From Ignavibacteriota bacterium (lineage in GTDB: Bacteria > Bacteroidota > Ignavibacteria > UBA10030 > BY39): a stretch of DNA of 64,000 nucleotides. A model generated the notes under the pieces. That model saw only the letters and a program-made list of their open reading frames with translations. It searched no databases and had not been told where the DNA came from. How positions within the stretch are numbered: position 1 is the first letter of the stretch; every line of letters starts with the position of its first letter. The position numbers and the translations under genes were made by a program. Of this stretch, positions 1 to 9,303 are shown piece by piece. Location: the NCBI GenBank assembly GCA_003327435.1, contig QOQV01000011.1:2697-66696 (forward strand), written 5' to 3'.

Positions 1-1037
1 GCACGAACTGAGTTACCAGCTACAGCTAACTGATAAATATTTCTGATGATATTATTAGAAAATACCAGATTATAAACATCATCTGTGAATTGTGCGCCTC
101 GAACTGTTGAAAGAGCCATTACACCATCAAATATATTTTTATCGACGGTATAATTTTCCACATACGCACCAGATACTGGTATACCAGCCATATTATTTAC
201 AACAGACGCTGGATTTGGACTGAAGCCACCGCCAATCTTGCAATTTGTAATTGTAATGTTATAATCGCGTGGGGCTGGCTGGGTTGCACCCTGAATCCAG
301 AAACCACCATTACCACGATAACCAACTAGATTATCATAAACAATTTCGTAGTTGGGTAGTGTATAACCAGTGTTATACTGATAGAAAAGTGCAAAAGCAG
401 TAGAGGCAGCTCTTCTCTGTCCTACACCTGTAAAGTTCTTAAATGTTAAATGATGACTACCATTACGAATCCACAATACATTGTGGTTTCTTTGGGATGT
501 ACCAGGCCAGTAAGTTGTAGTATCAGCGATAATTGATAATCTGTTTTCACCATCAATGGTAATATAACTTGCAGTGTGGAAAATAAAGCAAGCCATATCA
601 TTCGCTGCAACGTATCGGCTGTAAAATTTTAATTCAACTGGGCCAATAACTGAAGCTGATGGTTTGAATGTAATAGTATTGATATCACTGGCTCCGGGAA
701 CACTACCAATTGTTACCTGGGAGTCGATTAATACTGCATCGATAAATTCAAACACTACTGGACCACCAACACCGTTTAGCATTAAATCAGCAACAGCTGT
801 GTTAATGGTTGGGTAATTACCTGCAGCACCAATAGTATATGTACCTGAAAGCGGAACTTTATTTGCCGCCTGTGGGAAATTTACTTGAGGTGCTTCGGTA
901 GAACCCTGTGGCTCGACGGGATCAATACTAATCTGTTCTGCCGAGACCTTTTGTTGGGGTCGATCCGCTGCATAAGAACCAGCTGCAAGCAGCAAAATCA
1001 TCCCAACAATTAAAAATAAATTAAGGATACGATTCAT
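1..1037 (-). CDS. secreted protein, N-terminal part (partial; continues past the window start)
   Basis: The ATG at 1035-1037 (minus strand) is preceded by an AAGGAGGA Shine-Dalgarno site. I translated the frame by hand and it stays open to position 1. The N-terminus MNRILNLFLIVGMILLLAAGSYA looks like a signal peptide. The rest is Gly/Asn/Thr-rich and beta-helix-like, and I did not recognise a family. Confidence 0.7.
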   Translation of the reverse strand, partial: MNRILNLFLIVGMILLLAAGSYAADRPQQKVSAEQISIDPVEPQGSTEAPQVNFPQAANKVPLSGTYTIGAAGNYPTINTAVADLMLNGVGGPVVFEFIDAVLIDSQVTIGSVPGASDINTITFKPSASVIGPVELKFYSRYVAANDMACFIFHTASYITIDGENRLSIIADTTTYWPGTSQRNHNVLWIRNGSHHLTFKNFTGVGQRRAASTAFALFYQYNTGYTLPNYEIVYDNLVGYRGNGGFWIQGATQPAPRDYNITITNCKIGGGFSPNPASVVNNMAGIPVSGAYVENYTVDKNIFDGVMALSTVRGAQFTDDVYNLVFSNNIIRNIYQLAVAGNSVR

Positions 1038-1370
1038 AAATCCTCCTTTTGTTGTTTGTTATTGTTAATTATATGAAACATTGAATTGAGTTTTGATTCT
1101 TTTTGTGAAGTAATTTTAAAGAAATTAAATGCATCGGTTGGAAGATACATCACCCCTTTCTGATTTTTAAGTTTTTGTTGGTAAGTTGTAGCAAGTTTCA
1201 TTTTACTAATCTTTTATTTTACATTTTTAAAATTCAGCAATTAAATCCAATATCAACTCCTGCTACATATAATCTAAAATCTTTTTGAATATAATGTCAA
1301 TTAATCGCTGAGCTTAATCTTCAATACATCAATCACTAATTTGGTGAGAAACTCTTTTAAATTCAGAACA

Positions 1371-1399
1371 AATATAATACTTTATTTTATAAGTGTCAA
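1371..1399 (-). promoter_or_regulatory. sigma70-like promoter candidate (TTGACA-N17-TATATT, extending to TATATTTG)
   Basis: On the minus strand, TTGACA (1394-1399) is followed by a 17-nt spacer and then TATATT (1371-1376). The -10 region reads TATATTTG, which also fits the Bacteroidetes-type TAnnTTTG motif. This is the best of three related modules in the 1038-1556 intergenic region. Confidence 0.3.
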
Positions 1400-1556
1400 G
1401 TCCTGCTAAGTTCAGCGGGTGAAGCTTTACAAACATCTTATCAAAACCACATATAATATATACTTTTTTTATAAAAAGTCAAGTTTTTAAGGTTAAAAAA
1501 TTGTAAATTTTAATATCAAAAATATTTTTCCTAAAAATCCTTTAAAATAAGTTATT

Positions 1557-2615
1557 TTAACGGATTTTTAACAAATTTACCAGCACTAAAGCCGTCATAG
1601 CTTCAGCCACCGGTACTATGCGTGGACAAATGCAGGGGTCGTGTCTTCCAGCTATCTCAATTTCTCTTCTTTTCCCATCAACATCAACAGACCGTTGTTT
1701 TTGACCTATTGATGAGGGCGGTTTCACAGCAATCCGAAATACAATATTTTCACCAGTTGATATACCACCCAGTACACCACCAGAAAAATTGGTTCTTGTG
1801 CGAATTCGCTTAAGTTTCCTGTCGTAATAAAATTCATCATTTTGCTGACTACCTAATATTGTGGCGCAATTAAATCCAGATCCAATCTCAAAAGCTTTTA
1901 CCGATGGAATAGATAACATTGCATAAGCAAGCATTGCATCCAATTTATTAAAAACCGGTTCGCCAATACCTGCCGGGCAACCTTTAATAACGACTTCAAC
2001 TACACCACCGACAGAATCTTTTTTCTTCTGTACTTCTAAGATTTTTTTTAGCATTCTTTTTGCCGCAATCTTATCAGGGCATCGCAATGGATTTTTTTCA
2101 ATTTCGTCATAGTCAAATTTTTTTGCTTCTATATTAAATATAGATTTCGTATATCCAATTATTTTTATATTTTCTTGTGATAGAATTTTTTTTGCAATAG
2201 CACCAGCAGCAACCCGTGCAAGAGTTTCCCTGCCTGATGCTCTTCCACCTCCACGATAATCATAAACTCCATACTTGGCAAAATATGTGAAGTCTGCGTG
2301 ACCTGGACGAAATTTGTTTTTCAAATTTTCATAGTCCTTCGGGTGCTGGTCGCGATTGAATACAATCATACAAACTGGTGTACCAAGAGTTTTACCTTCA
2401 AAAACCCCACTTAATATCTCTACTCTATCTTCTTCCATACGCTGCGAGGTAATTAAACTTTGTGCAGGTCTGCGCCTATCGAGCTCCAGCTGAATATCCT
2501 GTTCATCCAAATTTAAATTAGGTGGAACACCGTCTATAACAACACCAATTGCTTTTCCGTGACTTTCACCAAAAGTTGTAATTTTAAAATTTTCACCAAA
2601 TGAATTGCCAGTCAT
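1557..2615 (-). CDS. aroC: chorismate synthase
   Basis: 352 aa. The N-terminus [32 protein letters not shown] and the [14 protein letters not shown] motif are typical of AroC. Confidence 0.95.
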   Translation of the reverse strand: MTGNSFGENFKITTFGESHGKAIGVVIDGVPPNLNLDEQDIQLELDRRRPAQSLITSQRMEEDRVEILSGVFEGKTLGTPVCMIVFNRDQHPKDYENLKNKFRPGHADFTYFAKYGVYDYRGGGRASGRETLARVAAGAIAKKILSQENIKIIGYTKSIFNIEAKKFDYDEIEKNPLRCPDKIAAKRMLKKILEVQKKKDSVGGVVEVVIKGCPAGIGEPVFNKLDAMLAYAMLSIPSVKAFEIGSGFNCATILGSQQNDEFYYDRKLKRIRTRTNFSGGVLGGISTGENIVFRIAVKPPSSIGQKQRSVDVDGKRREIEIAGRHDPCICPRIVPVAEAMTALVLVNLLKIR

Positions 2616-2643
2616 ATTCTATACCCATTTTCATTTTTTAATT

Positions 2644-3903
2644 CTAATATAATTTTTTAAATTCTTTCCAGAATTCAGGGAACGATTTTTTTACACATTC
2701 TGGATTTTTGATTCTAATACCGCTAATTCTTAATCCAGCAATAGCAAAACTCATTGCTAATCGGTGATCATTGTATGTTTCTATCTCTACTCCATTGTAC
2801 GACTTCTGTGGGGATATAATAATGCCATCCGGGAACTCAACCACATCAACTCCAAGCTTCCTGAGTTCATTCGAAATAGCTTCTAATCGGTCAGTTTCCT
2901 TATACCTCAGGTGTGCAACATTGTAAATTTTAGATTTTCCATCCGCAAATAATGCAAGAATTGCTAAGGTAGGCACAAGATCAGGAAAATTATTAGCATC
3001 AATTTCCATTGCTTTAATTTTTACATTTTTTGCATTTACCCAAATGCCATTCTCAATCTTTCCGACTACACAATTCATTTCTTTTGCAATATCTAAAATT
3101 TTCGCATCCGCTTGTTTAGAATTTTCTTTAATATTGAGTAATTTGATTTCCCCACGAGTAATCATTGCAGCCAGTATAAAATAAGATGCGGAAGAATAAT
3201 CCCCCTCTATTATATATTCGATTGGCTTGTAAAATACCTTATTATCAACATAAAAACTTGAACTATCTGAATGAACTCTAACACCAAAATTATTCATTAC
3301 ATCGAGCGTCATATCAACATACGGTCTGGAAGGAATTGAATTTTTAACAGATATATTTACCGAATTTTCAGCATAAGGTGCAGATAATAATATTGAGGAT
3401 AAGAATTGACTGCTAAAATTTGTATTAATAATAGTGTGTCCACCTTTAAATTTTTTACCCCTTATTTTTACAGGTGGGAATCCATCAGCTGTGTTTACAT
3501 CAGCACCTAAATTATTGAGTGCCTCCGCAAGTGCACCGATTGGTCTTTCGAGCATTCGTTTGTCACCCGTTAATATCGTCATACCATTCGCCAGAGTTGA
3601 AAAACTTGTAAGGAAGCGCATTACAGTTCCAGCATTAGCAGTGTAAATTTCCTCTTCTGGTGCCCGTAAAAAATCAGGATTACCGGTAATTTTTAATGTA
3701 TCGTTATGTAGATTTATATTAACTCCAAATTTTTTTAAAGCTTCAAGCATTATGATACAATCCTCAGCTAATGGGAAATTTTCTATTTTCGTTGTCCCAT
3801 TTGCCAGTGCTGCTGTAATTAAAGCTCGATTTGCAATGCTTTTTGAGCCAGGTATTTTTACTGTAGCCGATATTGTATCTAATGGTTCTATCAATTCATT
3901 CAT
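2644..3903 (-). CDS. aroA: 3-phosphoshikimate 1-carboxyvinyltransferase (EPSP synthase)
   Basis: 419 aa. It has the AroA hallmarks KIPGSKSIANRALI, a GNAGT-like ANAGTVMRFL, and the LRYKETDRL and NDHRLAMSFAIAGL motifs. Confidence 0.95.
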   Translation of the reverse strand: MNELIEPLDTISATVKIPGSKSIANRALITAALANGTTKIENFPLAEDCIIMLEALKKFGVNINLHNDTLKITGNPDFLRAPEEEIYTANAGTVMRFLTSFSTLANGMTILTGDKRMLERPIGALAEALNNLGADVNTADGFPPVKIRGKKFKGGHTIINTNFSSQFLSSILLSAPYAENSVNISVKNSIPSRPYVDMTLDVMNNFGVRVHSDSSSFYVDNKVFYKPIEYIIEGDYSSASYFILAAMITRGEIKLLNIKENSKQADAKILDIAKEMNCVVGKIENGIWVNAKNVKIKAMEIDANNFPDLVPTLAILALFADGKSKIYNVAHLRYKETDRLEAISNELRKLGVDVVEFPDGIIISPQKSYNGVEIETYNDHRLAMSFAIAGLRISGIRIKNPECVKKSFPEFWKEFKKLY

Positions 3904-5302
3904 CTAAAATTGCTCGACGAAAAAAATTCCTCTGTAAGCTCGCCTGTTTTTTAAATATATCCAGACCTTTTATAATATCACAACCTTTTGATTTTGCAAA
4001 TATCAGAAGTCGCGTTATGGCTGGATTGTAAACGAAATCAACTACGAGCATTCCCTGCTTAAGTATTTTCTCATCAACTGGTGAATCAGTATAATCTGGC
4101 ATCATTCCAACTGATGTAGCGTTTATTAAAACTTTAAATTTGTGGTTGGGTATATTGCTTAATTTATCATATTCACAACCGAAATGCTTTGCAAGATTTT
4201 TTGCCTTGATTTGATCCCTTCCAAAGACGATTACATTTGCTTTCTTTTTTATAGCTGAGTAAATAGCACTCCGTGCAGCACCACCTGTACCTAAAACTGC
4301 TACCGTTTTTCTGGATAGATTTTCAGGCAATAAGCTCATTAACGCCATTGCATCAGTATTATAACCAAAAAGCTTGTTATTTTTTTTGATAATAGTATTA
4401 ACAGCACCAATTTCCTTTACCTCTTCAGAAATTTCATCCAGAAATTTAATTGCAACTTCCTTGAATGGTTTTGTAATACTTAAACCAGTGATTATTGGTT
4501 TGTATTCTTTTATAAATTTGGGAAATTTATCTACCAGGAAATTTACATAAACCGCGTTTAGACGATTGTACTTAAAAACACGATTATGAGTATAAATTCC
4601 CTGACTTTGTTTTACAGGATTTCCAACAAGACCGAATATTTTTGTATCAGGATTTATTTGATGATAATTATAAACACTTTCAAGCTGTTGTACAGGTATT
4701 TGACCTTCAGCTGTTTCAAGTTCGGGTTTCAATGAAGCATATGTAATTGCAGATCCAAATTTAGGAGATAAAATTCGACTGATTTCACCTTTCTCTCCCA
4801 TACAAAAAGCAATAAGTTTTGAAGTTTCATTTTTCTTTTGCTTCAATAATTTGAAAATTTTTATGTTATCACCAATATCGTTTGCATAACAGGCAATTTT
4901 AATGTAATCAGGTGAATATAATTTTAATTTATTATATATTTTGGGGAGCTCATCTGGAGTTTTTTCAAAATTATGATAGGATAAAATAACTTTTGTATTT
5001 TTCTCTTTTGCATATTTAATCAATTTTTGCATATTCGCCGTTAACATCTCGATATCAATATCTATGAAATCGACTTTCGAATCAATTGCTGAAGTGAACA
5101 GATTTAATCTCTCATTTTCACCAATTGATTTATCACGAAGAGTGTAAATAATTTTTGGACGAGGGTGTACCAGCAAATTTTTCAAATCAATATCATAAAC
5201 TTTATCTACCCTTAACTCAATCAATTCGTATATAGAACTGATTTTATTATAAAGAGTTAAGAATTTTTTAGGTTTGTCGACTATTACACTAACGCAAATC
5301 AT
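3896..5302 (-). CDS. bifunctional type I 3-dehydroquinate dehydratase / shikimate dehydrogenase (AroD-AroE fusion)
   Basis: 468 aa. The N-terminal ~225 aa look like a type I DHQase, with YIKIACYA carrying the putative Schiff-base Lys. The C-terminal part looks like shikimate dehydrogenase (GLSITKPFKE, GAVNTI, GYNTDAMA, Rossmann LGTGGAARS). The gene overlaps aroA by 8 nt and aroB by 14 nt. Confidence 0.85.
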   Translation of the reverse strand: MICVSVIVDKPKKFLTLYNKISSIYELIELRVDKVYDIDLKNLLVHPRPKIIYTLRDKSIGENERLNLFTSAIDSKVDFIDIDIEMLTANMQKLIKYAKEKNTKVILSYHNFEKTPDELPKIYNKLKLYSPDYIKIACYANDIGDNIKIFKLLKQKKNETSKLIAFCMGEKGEISRILSPKFGSAITYASLKPELETAEGQIPVQQLESVYNYHQINPDTKIFGLVGNPVKQSQGIYTHNRVFKYNRLNAVYVNFLVDKFPKFIKEYKPIITGLSITKPFKEVAIKFLDEISEEVKEIGAVNTIIKKNNKLFGYNTDAMALMSLLPENLSRKTVAVLGTGGAARSAIYSAIKKKANVIVFGRDQIKAKNLAKHFGCEYDKLSNIPNHKFKVLINATSVGMMPDYTDSPVDEKILKQGMLVVDFVYNPAITRLLIFAKSKGCDIIKGLDIFKKQASLQRNFFRRAILDE

Positions 5303-6383
5303 AGAACATTAATAAAGTTTCTAAATCCTGTTCATTGAGTTGGAAATTGATTTCAGCTTTCCCGATTTTTCTTAACAGCGTGAAGTTTATTCCATAATCG
5401 CTGGATTTTTTATCCACTTGAATGGCTCTCAAATAATCGTTCATTGAGTACTTCCTTGGTAAATTTGTCTTAAATCCAAATGTTGATAAAAGATTTTTTA
5501 TTCTATCAAATTCATTTTTTTGCAGAAGTCCAAGCTTTACGGAGAAGTCAGCTTCAACCGCCATACCTGTTGCAATCGCAAAACCGTGCGGAATTTTGTA
5601 ATCAGATAATAGTTCAATTGCATGCCCGATTGTATGTCCAAAGTTCAGGATTCGGCGATAAGAATTTTCTTTTTCATCCTTACTTACAACTTTGGCTTTT
5701 AACTGACAACACCTAGAAATGATATTCTTTAAAATCGCCGAAGAAGGTTTCATTAACAATTTTGAATTGCTCTCCAATAACCTGAACAATTCAGGGTCAA
5801 GAATCGCACCATATTTTATGACTTCGGCTAAACCATTTAAATAATTAATTCGAGTAAGTGTTCTGAGTACAGAAGTATCAATCAATACATCCTCTGGTGG
5901 ATAAAAAGCACCTATCAGATTCTTTCCATATGGATGATCAACACCAACTTTACCTCCAACACTACTATCCACCTGTGACAGTAAAGTAGTTGGTACTTGA
6001 ATATAAGGTATCCCTCGAAAAAGTGTTGCTGCGATAAAACCTGCCAGATCTCCAACAACTCCGCCACCCAGAGCAAGAATCAAACTTGTTCGATTAGCAC
6101 CATAACTTATTAGTTTATCTTCAAGAACTTCTTTCATATTTCTGGTTTTTGATTTTTCGCCAGCTTTAAATGAAAGTAAACTTACTTTCGCCCCGATTTT
6201 TATAAAATAATCGGCAAATTTTTTACCGTAAAGCTTTTCGACATTATTATCTGTGAGGATAAATATTTTACGTTCGGAAAATTTTTTAAATATATATCTC
6301 GCAATTTGATTTAGAGTGATCCCGATGATAATATCATACGACCGAACAAAATTTCCTGATATTCTTACTTTTATTTTTTTCAT
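5289..6383 (-). CDS. aroB: 3-dehydroquinate synthase
   Basis: 364 aa. The motifs GGGVVGDLAGFIAATLFRGIPYIQVPTTLLSQVDSSVGGK and the metal-binding HTIGHAIE are characteristic of AroB. Confidence 0.9.
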   Translation of the reverse strand: MKKIKVRISGNFVRSYDIIIGITLNQIARYIFKKFSERKIFILTDNNVEKLYGKKFADYFIKIGAKVSLLSFKAGEKSKTRNMKEVLEDKLISYGANRTSLILALGGGVVGDLAGFIAATLFRGIPYIQVPTTLLSQVDSSVGGKVGVDHPYGKNLIGAFYPPEDVLIDTSVLRTLTRINYLNGLAEVIKYGAILDPELFRLLESNSKLLMKPSSAILKNIISRCCQLKAKVVSKDEKENSYRRILNFGHTIGHAIELLSDYKIPHGFAIATGMAVEADFSVKLGLLQKNEFDRIKNLLSTFGFKTNLPRKYSMNDYLRAIQVDKKSSDYGINFTLLRKIGKAEINFQLNEQDLETLLMFYDLR

Positions 6384-6385
6384 AC

Positions 6386-7813
6386 CTAATTTAGAGGATT
6401 CCCATCAGGATCAAGTAATTGAATTTTACCTAAGTTCAGATTTTCGAGAGCATTTTTATTTGATTTATAATCACCAACCACTATAACACTCATTTTTTCG
6501 GGAATTAAATATTTCACGCTAACTGCTCTTACATCTTTCACCGTTACATCTTTAATTTTCGATACATACAAATTAAAATAATTTTCTGGCAAATCATACA
6601 TTATTAGATTTGCAATTTGACCGGCAATTTGTGCTGGAGTTTCAAATAATCTGGGAAATGACAACAAAATACTATTTTTTGCAAATTTCAATTCATCCTC
6701 AGAAACATCACTCTCCCTCATTTTCCTTAACTCATTTAAGAGTTCGGAAATACAGCTATCTGTCACACTCGATTTAAATCCACCACCTGCATTGAAAGTG
6801 CCTTTTTGTTTTCTGTAGGTAAAACTGGATCTTGCACCATATGTATAACCTTTCTGTTCACGCAAATTCCAATTTATTCGGCTGTTAAAATTTCCACCCA
6901 GAATCATATTCATCACTTCAAGTGCGAAATAGTCAGGATTATTGCGCTCGACCCCAATACATCCTACCCGAATTTGAGATTGAGGTGCTTCTGGTTTGTC
7001 AACTAAAAAAATACCTGGCTTAAAGTTCATTTCAACTGGTGGGATATCCGGTATATTCTGATTACCATTTTTCCAGCCTGAAAGATGTTTTTCAAGCTGC
7101 TTTTTAAGTTCATTCGCTTTAATATCACCCACTACAATCAATACTGCATTTTTAGGTATGAAATATTTTTTATACAACTCTCGCAAATCATTAACCTCAA
7201 TTGAATTCAAGCTTGCCTCTGTACCATCAACCGGATTTCCATAAGGATGATTTTCACTATAAACAATTTTTGAGAAAACCTTATTTGCAATAACATCAGC
7301 TCTATCTTTTTGTTGAAGCAATGAAGTTAGTACTTCGTTCCTCACACGATTGAACTCCGAATCCGGAAACACAGAATTTTGCAATATATCAGCAGTCAAT
7401 TCAAGAGATTTCTCAAGATGCTTTTTGAGAGTTAAGATTGAAATAAAACTCCCATCATGAGATGTACTTGCACTGAACCGCGTACCAAGATACTCAAACT
7501 CGTCAGCGATATCAAAAATAGTTCGAGTTTTAGTTCCAGCATCAAGCAAACGCATCATCAGGTTAAATGCACCGGATTTATCTCGTGGTTCATGCGAACA
7601 TCCAGCACCAAAAACAAACTGCATCTGAACTATCGGTAATTGATGATATTCAACCAATTTTACCTGCAGTCCATTGGATAATGAAAGCGACTGAATCTTA
7701 GGGAACTTAAAATCCGGTGTCTTACCCGCTTTAGGTTTCTGTGTGCGATCTATTTGAGAAAACAAATTGCCCATAATCAAAACTACCATTAAAAAATATT
7801 TTAAAAATTTCAT
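6386..7813 (-). CDS. M16 (pitrilysin) family peptidase-like protein, probably the non-catalytic partner
   Basis: 475 aa with a signal peptide (MKFLKYFLMVVLIMGNLFSQ) and M16 N/C-domain-like sequence, but no HxxEH motif. It is adjacent to an HxxEH-containing paralogue. Confidence 0.8.
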   Translation of the reverse strand: MKFLKYFLMVVLIMGNLFSQIDRTQKPKAGKTPDFKFPKIQSLSLSNGLQVKLVEYHQLPIVQMQFVFGAGCSHEPRDKSGAFNLMMRLLDAGTKTRTIFDIADEFEYLGTRFSASTSHDGSFISILTLKKHLEKSLELTADILQNSVFPDSEFNRVRNEVLTSLLQQKDRADVIANKVFSKIVYSENHPYGNPVDGTEASLNSIEVNDLRELYKKYFIPKNAVLIVVGDIKANELKKQLEKHLSGWKNGNQNIPDIPPVEMNFKPGIFLVDKPEAPQSQIRVGCIGVERNNPDYFALEVMNMILGGNFNSRINWNLREQKGYTYGARSSFTYRKQKGTFNAGGGFKSSVTDSCISELLNELRKMRESDVSEDELKFAKNSILLSFPRLFETPAQIAGQIANLIMYDLPENYFNLYVSKIKDVTVKDVRAVSVKYLIPEKMSVIVVGDYKSNKNALENLNLGKIQLLDPDGNPLN

Positions 7814-7828
7814 TTTATCAACTCCTTG

Positions 7829-9169
7829 CTACTGAGCTTTTAGTTCTGTTTTACCTCTTGGTACAGCGCTGAGAACAACCTTACCATTCTGTTTCAAGTA
7901 AACATTTGCGACTCGCTTTATATCTTCGACAGAAACTTTTTTATAACGCTCCAAATCTTTATTAAAATATCCTGGATCTCCAACAAAAATATTATATCTG
8001 TTTAACTGATCTGTTCTTCCCCCAAATCCACCTAACGACTGTAACCTGTAAATAAAGTTGGCTTCAGTCTCGTTTTTAGCAAGTTCGAGTTCTTTTTCTG
8101 ATACACCTTCAAGTTTGACTTTTTCCAACTCATTGTTTATAACTTCTTCAATTTCTTTTAATGAAGCACCCTGTTTTGCTGTTGAAACAATTCCGAATGA
8201 ACCAGACACTTCTGCACTATTATTATATGCACTGACATCCTGAGCAATCTTCTTTTCATAAACAAGCGACTTGTATAACCTTGAGTTCTTACCCCTCGAT
8301 AAAATTGTCGCAAGCAAATCCAGAGCGGCTTCATCATCAGTAAAATGCTGAACAGTTAACCAGTTGATATAAATTCTGGGAAGTTTTACATTATCTTCCA
8401 TTGTTAGATATTTATTTTCGTTCAGAACTGGTATCCAGGGTTTCATTTTTTCAATTTCATTTCCACGGGGAATTTCCCCAAAATATTTTTCGACCAATTT
8501 TTTTACTTCCTTCGGATTTATATCTCCACCTATGCATAAGCTTGCATTGTTTGGTACATAGTATTTTTTAAAAAATTCCATAACATCTTCCAGAGTTGCA
8601 TTTGAAAGATCCTCCTGTGTGCCAATTGTTAACCAATGGTAAGGATGTTCAGGTGGATACAAATTCTCGTTAATTATTTTTGAAGCAAGTCCGTATGGTT
8701 GATTTTCATAATTTTGTCGGCGCTCGTTTTTCACCACATCCCGCTGGTTGTCGAGTTTTTCCTGAGTCATTGCATCAAGCAGGAAACCCATCCTATCAGA
8801 TTCTAAATAAAGAGCCAGTTCGAGAAAGTTACTGGGTAATATTTCCCAGTAGTTCGTTCTATCAGTATTTGTAGAGCCGTTTAGTGTTCCACCAGCATCC
8901 TGAATTAATTTAAAATGGTTGCCCTTTTCAACATTTTTTGATCCCTGAAAAAGCATATGTTCGAAAAGATGAGCAAAACCTGACTTTCCCTGCTTTTCCC
9001 TTCCTGAACCAACATGATACCACAAGTTCACGGAAACTATTGGTATCGAATGATCCTCGTGTATAATGAGGTTCAAGCCATTTGGCAATATGTGTTTTTC
9101 GAACTTGATATTAACCTGAGAAAAAACTGTACTTAACATTATAATAGATAAAATTATTTGCTTAAACAT
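7829..9169 (-). CDS. M16 family zinc peptidase (catalytic subunit)
   Basis: 446 aa with a signal peptide, the inverted zinc motif HLFEH (HxxEH) and a downstream E in the NERRQ region typical of M16. Confidence 0.9.
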   Translation of the reverse strand: MFKQIILSIIMLSTVFSQVNIKFEKHILPNGLNLIIHEDHSIPIVSVNLWYHVGSGREKQGKSGFAHLFEHMLFQGSKNVEKGNHFKLIQDAGGTLNGSTNTDRTNYWEILPSNFLELALYLESDRMGFLLDAMTQEKLDNQRDVVKNERRQNYENQPYGLASKIINENLYPPEHPYHWLTIGTQEDLSNATLEDVMEFFKKYYVPNNASLCIGGDINPKEVKKLVEKYFGEIPRGNEIEKMKPWIPVLNENKYLTMEDNVKLPRIYINWLTVQHFTDDEAALDLLATILSRGKNSRLYKSLVYEKKIAQDVSAYNNSAEVSGSFGIVSTAKQGASLKEIEEVINNELEKVKLEGVSEKELELAKNETEANFIYRLQSLGGFGGRTDQLNRYNIFVGDPGYFNKDLERYKKVSVEDIKRVANVYLKQNGKVVLSAVPRGKTELKAQ

Positions 9170-9303
9170 ATCTCAATAATTTTTGTTAGAATTTAAATTT
9201 GAAGTTTAAGTTACAAATAGCAATTGTAATTTGCAAAAATAATCAGAATACTTTTTAATTGGGAGAGAATTTATTATTTTATTATGATAAAAAAATCAAG
9301 AAT

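Noticed and set aside
9259-9303. The ORF track gives N-terminally extended starts for uvrA (9259), the MFP (16214), the S8 peptidase (26575), pgpA (51079) and rpmB (51943).
   Set aside because: In each case an internal ATG gives the canonical family N-terminus or a proper signal peptide or lipobox, often with a better-placed RBS. The extensions use TTG or other non-ATG starts, or add non-conserved residues.
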